64,000 nucleotides of DNA from Marsupella aquatica. Taxonomy: Eukaryota; Plantae; Marchantiophyta. Below, in pieces: positions 59,146 to 64,000 of this stretch. The first letter of the stretch is position 1. Every line of letters starts with the position of its first letter. The position numbers and the translations under genes were made by a program. The stretch is from contig OZ316893.1 of NCBI GenBank assembly GCA_973895155.1, forward strand, positions 18,478,757 through 18,542,756, read 5' to 3'. The notes under the pieces were generated by a model. It made no database searches, had not been told where the DNA came from, and worked only from the letters and a program-made list of their open reading frames with translations.

Positions 59146-62100
59146 ATGGTGGAGTTTTAATGAAGATTGTAGGTTGATTGAGTTACATTCATTCAGCGAG
59201 TGGAATCCGGTAGTTGAAACTATATTTAAGTTAGGGACTATCCGTTGCCATGGAACTTGAGGTTACCGGGCGTAGGTTTTTTTGTTGTTGTGGGACTGGA
59301 AGCTTGACAAGAGGAGGAAGAAAGGACAAGAGGAAGAGTGCAAGAAGAATGAGGACATGAAGGAAGCTTGCCGGAGACTGAAGTTGTGTTCAAAGTGCCT
59401 GGGGGAAACCATTGACGAGTTTGAAACCGAGACCTGATCTGTTGACCTTAACTGAATTTAGCATGGAGACCTGAGCTAGAGGATGAGCAACCAAAGAAAA
59501 CATTTTGTAACCCCGAACCAAAACTTCTTCTTTTTTAAATAAAAAGAAACAAATGATGAATTTGGACTATTTTGATGTGGTGGAATGATGAGTTGTTGTT
59601 GTGGTGGAAATGATGAGTTAAAGTTAGATGAAAGTTATGTACGAGCGTGATCATGAATACAACAAATTGTAATGGTAATGGTAATGGTAATGTATTATAA
59701 GCTCCGGGACCATGAAAGTCAAAGGAGCTGCCACAAAAAGTAAAGTACAATGCAATCAAAGAAAAGAGCAACCAAAAGAGATTGCTCAGAAGAGGACAAC
59801 TATGTCCTCAAAGAAACTATGGACCTAGAGAGCCCTATGGACCTAGAGAGCCCTGAAAGATTTTCCAAACCTATTCTCCTTTCCCTATCCACCGCAAAGA
59901 TATATCTTCCAAGTTGTTGAGGGGGCAGACCAAACAATGCATACAAATCTTTCACCAAGATTTGAGATGCCATCCTAACCCCCTCATAAAACTTGCAAGC
60001 AATGAATACATGATATTCATTCTCTATACTAGAGCTATCACATAGTTGACAAACTCTCTTTTTCCTGTCAATATCCTTCCATCTCCCTTGTTCTACTTCA
60101 AGGTGGTGTGAGCTTAGTCTATACTGAGCAATAAGTTGTCTAAGTTGTACTGAGATAGTGCTAGATAAGTATTCTTGTTCTCGATATTTCTTCATGGGGT
60201 TCACATCTCTCATGTAGTATTGCTGCCGTGGGCTAGGTTCATGCCAAAGTTTGTGCAAAGCCTTTTGCTCAAGTTTTGCTCTTAGCTTGGTTGGGTGTGT
60301 TGGCCATTCATGTTCAGGAAAATCCCAAGCATGGGCCCACCTGCACACATCTGCATACCACCCTTTAGCTGAAGATGAGCGCAAGGCATGAAAAGGAAAT
60401 CTGTTTTCCTCCAACTCTCTTACACGCATGATGTATTTGAGTGTGTGGAAGAGTGCCTCCACCTCCAAAGGAAACAAGCCTGCCTCTGCAAGTGTAAGTG
60501 CATATGGGGTTTGTGACTTGATCCCAAGCTCCATCTCAAGAAATAGCTTTTGCAGCCCCTCAATCTGTTGCCACCCAGATTTAGACACACCTGCTCCCCA
60601 AATTGGTGCTCCATAAAGAATGACTGGTTTCACCAAAGCTCCAAAGAGATGTTTCCTTAACCTCTAAGTGTGTAGACCAGCTCTTTTGCATTTGTTCATG
60701 AATGCATAAAAAGCTCTGTACCCATTGGCAGCCCTAGATTTTACACATGAGGCCCAACTCAAGTTTTGAGAGAACTCCACCCCAAGGTATTTGTAGGTCC
60801 TCACAAATTCCACCAGATTCCCTTGGAAGTAGAGCTCTGGATTTTGTCGTGTGCCAATGCCCAAACACTTGGTCTTCTTGAGGTTGACTACCATCCCTGT
60901 TGCTTGACAAAACTCCTCCAAGGCATTGAGATGTCTTTGCAAAGCTTCTTGAGCATGAGCAAGTAGGACCACATCATCTGCAAATATAAGAAGTTGGAGG
61001 ACAAACCTACCCAATTGAGTGCCAACTCCACCATGCTCCTCCAAAATGTTGTGTAGCTGATCAATGAAGATGCCAAAGAGAGTTGGTGAGAGAGGACAAC
61101 CTTGGATCACCCCAAGAGTGCTCCAGATTTCTTCAGAGGTTTCCTTTGAAAGTTTGATGCGCACTTCTTGGTACAATTTAGAAACAGCCAACCTGAGCTC
61201 TTCAGGCACTTCCAACTCCACCATCCTATCCCAAAGCTTGGATCGGGAAACTTTGTCAAAGGCCTTGGAGAAGTCCACAAACAAGCAAAATAATGGTTTA
61301 TGTGGAGATTTGGCCTTTTCACACAACACCCTCAAGCAGAGAATGTGATCCATAGTGCTGAATTCTCTCCTAAAACCTGCTTGTGAAGGTGCCCTTTTCA
61401 TCTCACTCTCCAACCAAGAGCTTAATCTGGCTTCAAGTAGTCCTCCCAAAACTTTAGCAAAAGTATTGCCTACCATGATGGTTCTGTAGTTGTGCACATC
61501 GTCCTTGTTGCCTGCCTTGAAGATAGGCACCACTCTTCTGGTCATCCAAGCTTTAGGTAAACCTAAAGCCATTGCTTGATTCAGCTCATGCACCAAGTTT
61601 GTTAGTAAAGAGGGTCCTCCCCACAAAAGAAGCTCCAAGTTCAGGCCCAACAGATCTTTAGCTTTCCCATGTTGCATGTGGGAAAGATGCACCTTCACCT
61701 CCCTCTCTGTAAACTGAATGGTGTCCCCAAGGGGCAAAGGCATGCCACTAGCATCTGGAAAGAAATGCAAGGATGTGACATAGGTTACCAGGTCCTGGTG
61801 ATCCAAGGGGGGAGTAGTCTTGCCTGATTGCATTCTCTCCCAAAAACGTTTTGGATGTTTGATGAACTCCTCACATAGTGATTGTTGATGACTCTTCAAG
61901 AAGCACCTCTTCTTGTGTTTGATGAAGTTCTTGTACATAGTGAATGCCAAAAGTCTCTTTTCCCCTGAATGTGATCTTGCTTGCATCCTTGCTCTAGCAC
62001 AATCCTCGTCAAACCAAGCCTTCATGTTTTGCTTTCTAGGGGGTTTGGTGGAGAAAGTAGAGGCTGCTGCTTGTGCTATGACTTCTGAGAGCTCAATCTG

Positions 62101-63795
62101 ATCATCCAGGGTATGGAGAAGATGTTCAAAGTTGGCTTTGAAGATGACTTCTCTATCAGGGTCTAGAAACAGAGGTTTGGGTACTGGCTTTCTATGCACT
62201 TTGTTTGGGATTGTGGTCAGGTCAAGATGGAACAACAAAGGCAAGTGTGAAGACTCTGGTTGTTGATCAAATATTTGAAAGTCAACCACTCTAGTGGCAG
62301 AGGTAGGTGAGGCAAGAAGGTAATCAATGGTACTACATCCTTGTTTAGATCTAAAAGTGTAACCAGATGATTGGGGAAATCTCTCAAGCCCATTCAATAT
62401 TCTTAGATTACAAGAAGCTCCCAAATGCAAAAAGTGACGTGTCATGTCATTTGTTCTGGTGTCAAGAGCCTCTCTCACCCAAGGTATCTCTTCACTACAT
62501 GATGACCAAGGTAAAGTTCCTAAGTCCTCACTTTCAGTAAATTGTTCATTAGATACCCTGGCATTAAAGTCCCCCACTATCCATGTCTCCCCTAGTGGTG
62601 ATATATCATGAATGACTTGGATTAACCTATGAAATGGATAATGTGCATCAGCAATTCCCATCTTATAGACATTCATATTAAGGGGAGCAAAGTAGGTGAC
62701 AATCAGAAATGATGGAGTACCTCTGGTATGAAGTCTCACCACCATGAACTGCTTGCTGGGATCTTCATGTTCAATAGAGGTGATGTGTTGAAGTTGATTC
62801 TTGGTGTAGACAGCAATGCCTCCAAACCCTCTTCCCCGTGTGGTCTTCTTCTCATTGAAGATGGATTGTATGCAAGTAAAGCCTTTAATGCTAGGTAGAG
62901 CATTTCCCTCATATTCCCAAGTCTCCGTGAAAAGCAAGATGTCAAAATTCTCAAACAAAGGTTCCCCTCCAATTGCTGTTTCTATGGAAAGTCCTGAAAC
63001 ATTCCATGTCATGACTCTCAAGGTCCCAATCCATCATTTAGAAACAACTCTCTTCTTATTGGTAACAACAGCTTGTCCATTGCGCAAGTAGGCTACCAAT
63101 CCTTGGTCTTTGGCTACCCTCACCTTCTCAAGCTCAATTTTCCTTGCTTGGACTTGTGTGGGAGTCAGATCATCATCCAACCAAATCCTTAGCCCTTTAA
63201 GCATGCTCCTGTTAGCCATCACTCTAGCTTTCTCGGATTCAGCTGCAAACTTCACCAAGATTGGACGTGGAAGGTCCCCCTTCTTTTGCCCAATCCTATA
63301 TGCTTGCAAAATGATAGGGTCATGCACTTTCATCTGAGATTGGAAGAATGAAATTGCTACCTTCTTGGTGTCTTCCTTCTCCTCCTCAACAAGGCCTGAT
63401 ATTTTGCAGTTGCTGACTCTTGCATGCTGGTTCTTGTGTTCTTCTTCTAGTGCTCTCCTCTCCTCCTCCTTGGCTTGGACAAATTCCATATGTGATTGTT
63501 TTGCAGCCTGTGCAAAGGTTTTGAGCTTCTCCTCAATCTCCCCTACAGCCTCATGTATCACTGATTTCTCTGGCACATACTCTTCTCCATGTCTCCAAAA
63601 CACGATGCAAATGAAAGAAAGCGATGGCTTAATATTTTAAATAAGAATGACTTAGTGTAATTTGGCTTTAGAAATGAAAACTGAATAGGGTTAAGAGGAA
63701 TTGAAACAACTTGTAAAACTAAGATGTTATGACCAAGTCCCTAAAAACATAGAAAGTTCATTTGCACACCGCTTTAAACTGGTCCCCGGACAAGA
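59146..63795 (+). mobile_element. 3' part of a family C 5' LTR (split by a LINE), followed by a PBS-like site
   Basis: Homologous to ~43970-44697. Ends CCCCGGACAAGA, then TGGCAACCATATTGGG at 63797, resembling a tRNA-Arg-type PBS (TGGCGACCA..). Confidence 0.7.
59669..63610 (-). mobile_element. RTEX family A, near full length (truncated in ORF1)
   Basis: ORF2 59800-63021 has a single TGG>TAG at 60664; partial ORF1 at 63034-63603; (TTACCA)n tail. Confidence 0.94.
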
Positions 63796-64000
63796 GTGGC
63801 AACCATATTGGGGAACTCGCGGATCATTAGTTTTAGGGACATGCAATTAGTGCATGGGAAAGCCATTAGAACCTATTGAACGTGAAGAGAATAGAGGCCT
63901 GAGCGAGACAAAGCTAGAAAGGGAAAATGAAGATAGGACAAGAGTTAGAGACGAGCAAGGAGAGCGATTATTGAGGGCCATAGGTTCGTTTAGGGTTGAG

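Overview
Eukaryotic, transposon-saturated land-plant DNA. A bryophyte, probably a moss, is inferred from the PPR remnant, the DRP1 sequence and the RTEX LINEs. Only one clearly intact host gene is present: an intronless dynamin-related protein (DRP1, 12173-14008, minus). The rest is a nested TE landscape. It holds 14 3' ends of two sister RTEX-type LINE families with (TTACCA)n or (TTTGAC)n tails (one full-length copy has 181-bp 5' monomers), a gag-less Copia, Gypsy/Tat pol fragments with ~2.5-3 kb LTRs, a 5.4-kb TG..CA unit carrying long ORFs, a pogo remnant, three MITEs, and PPR and BRCT remnants. The most unusual locus is ~47.9-59.0 kb. There a degraded GCM-like/MULE/SWIM transposase gene lies head-to-head with a spliced ParB-like + beta-class N6A/N4C DNA-methyltransferase-like gene, and 18 copies of a 15-bp palindrome (TAGCGCYNRGCGCTA) sit in the introns and spacers. 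All calls are by eye from motifs; no searches were run, and splice sites and some boundaries are inferred.
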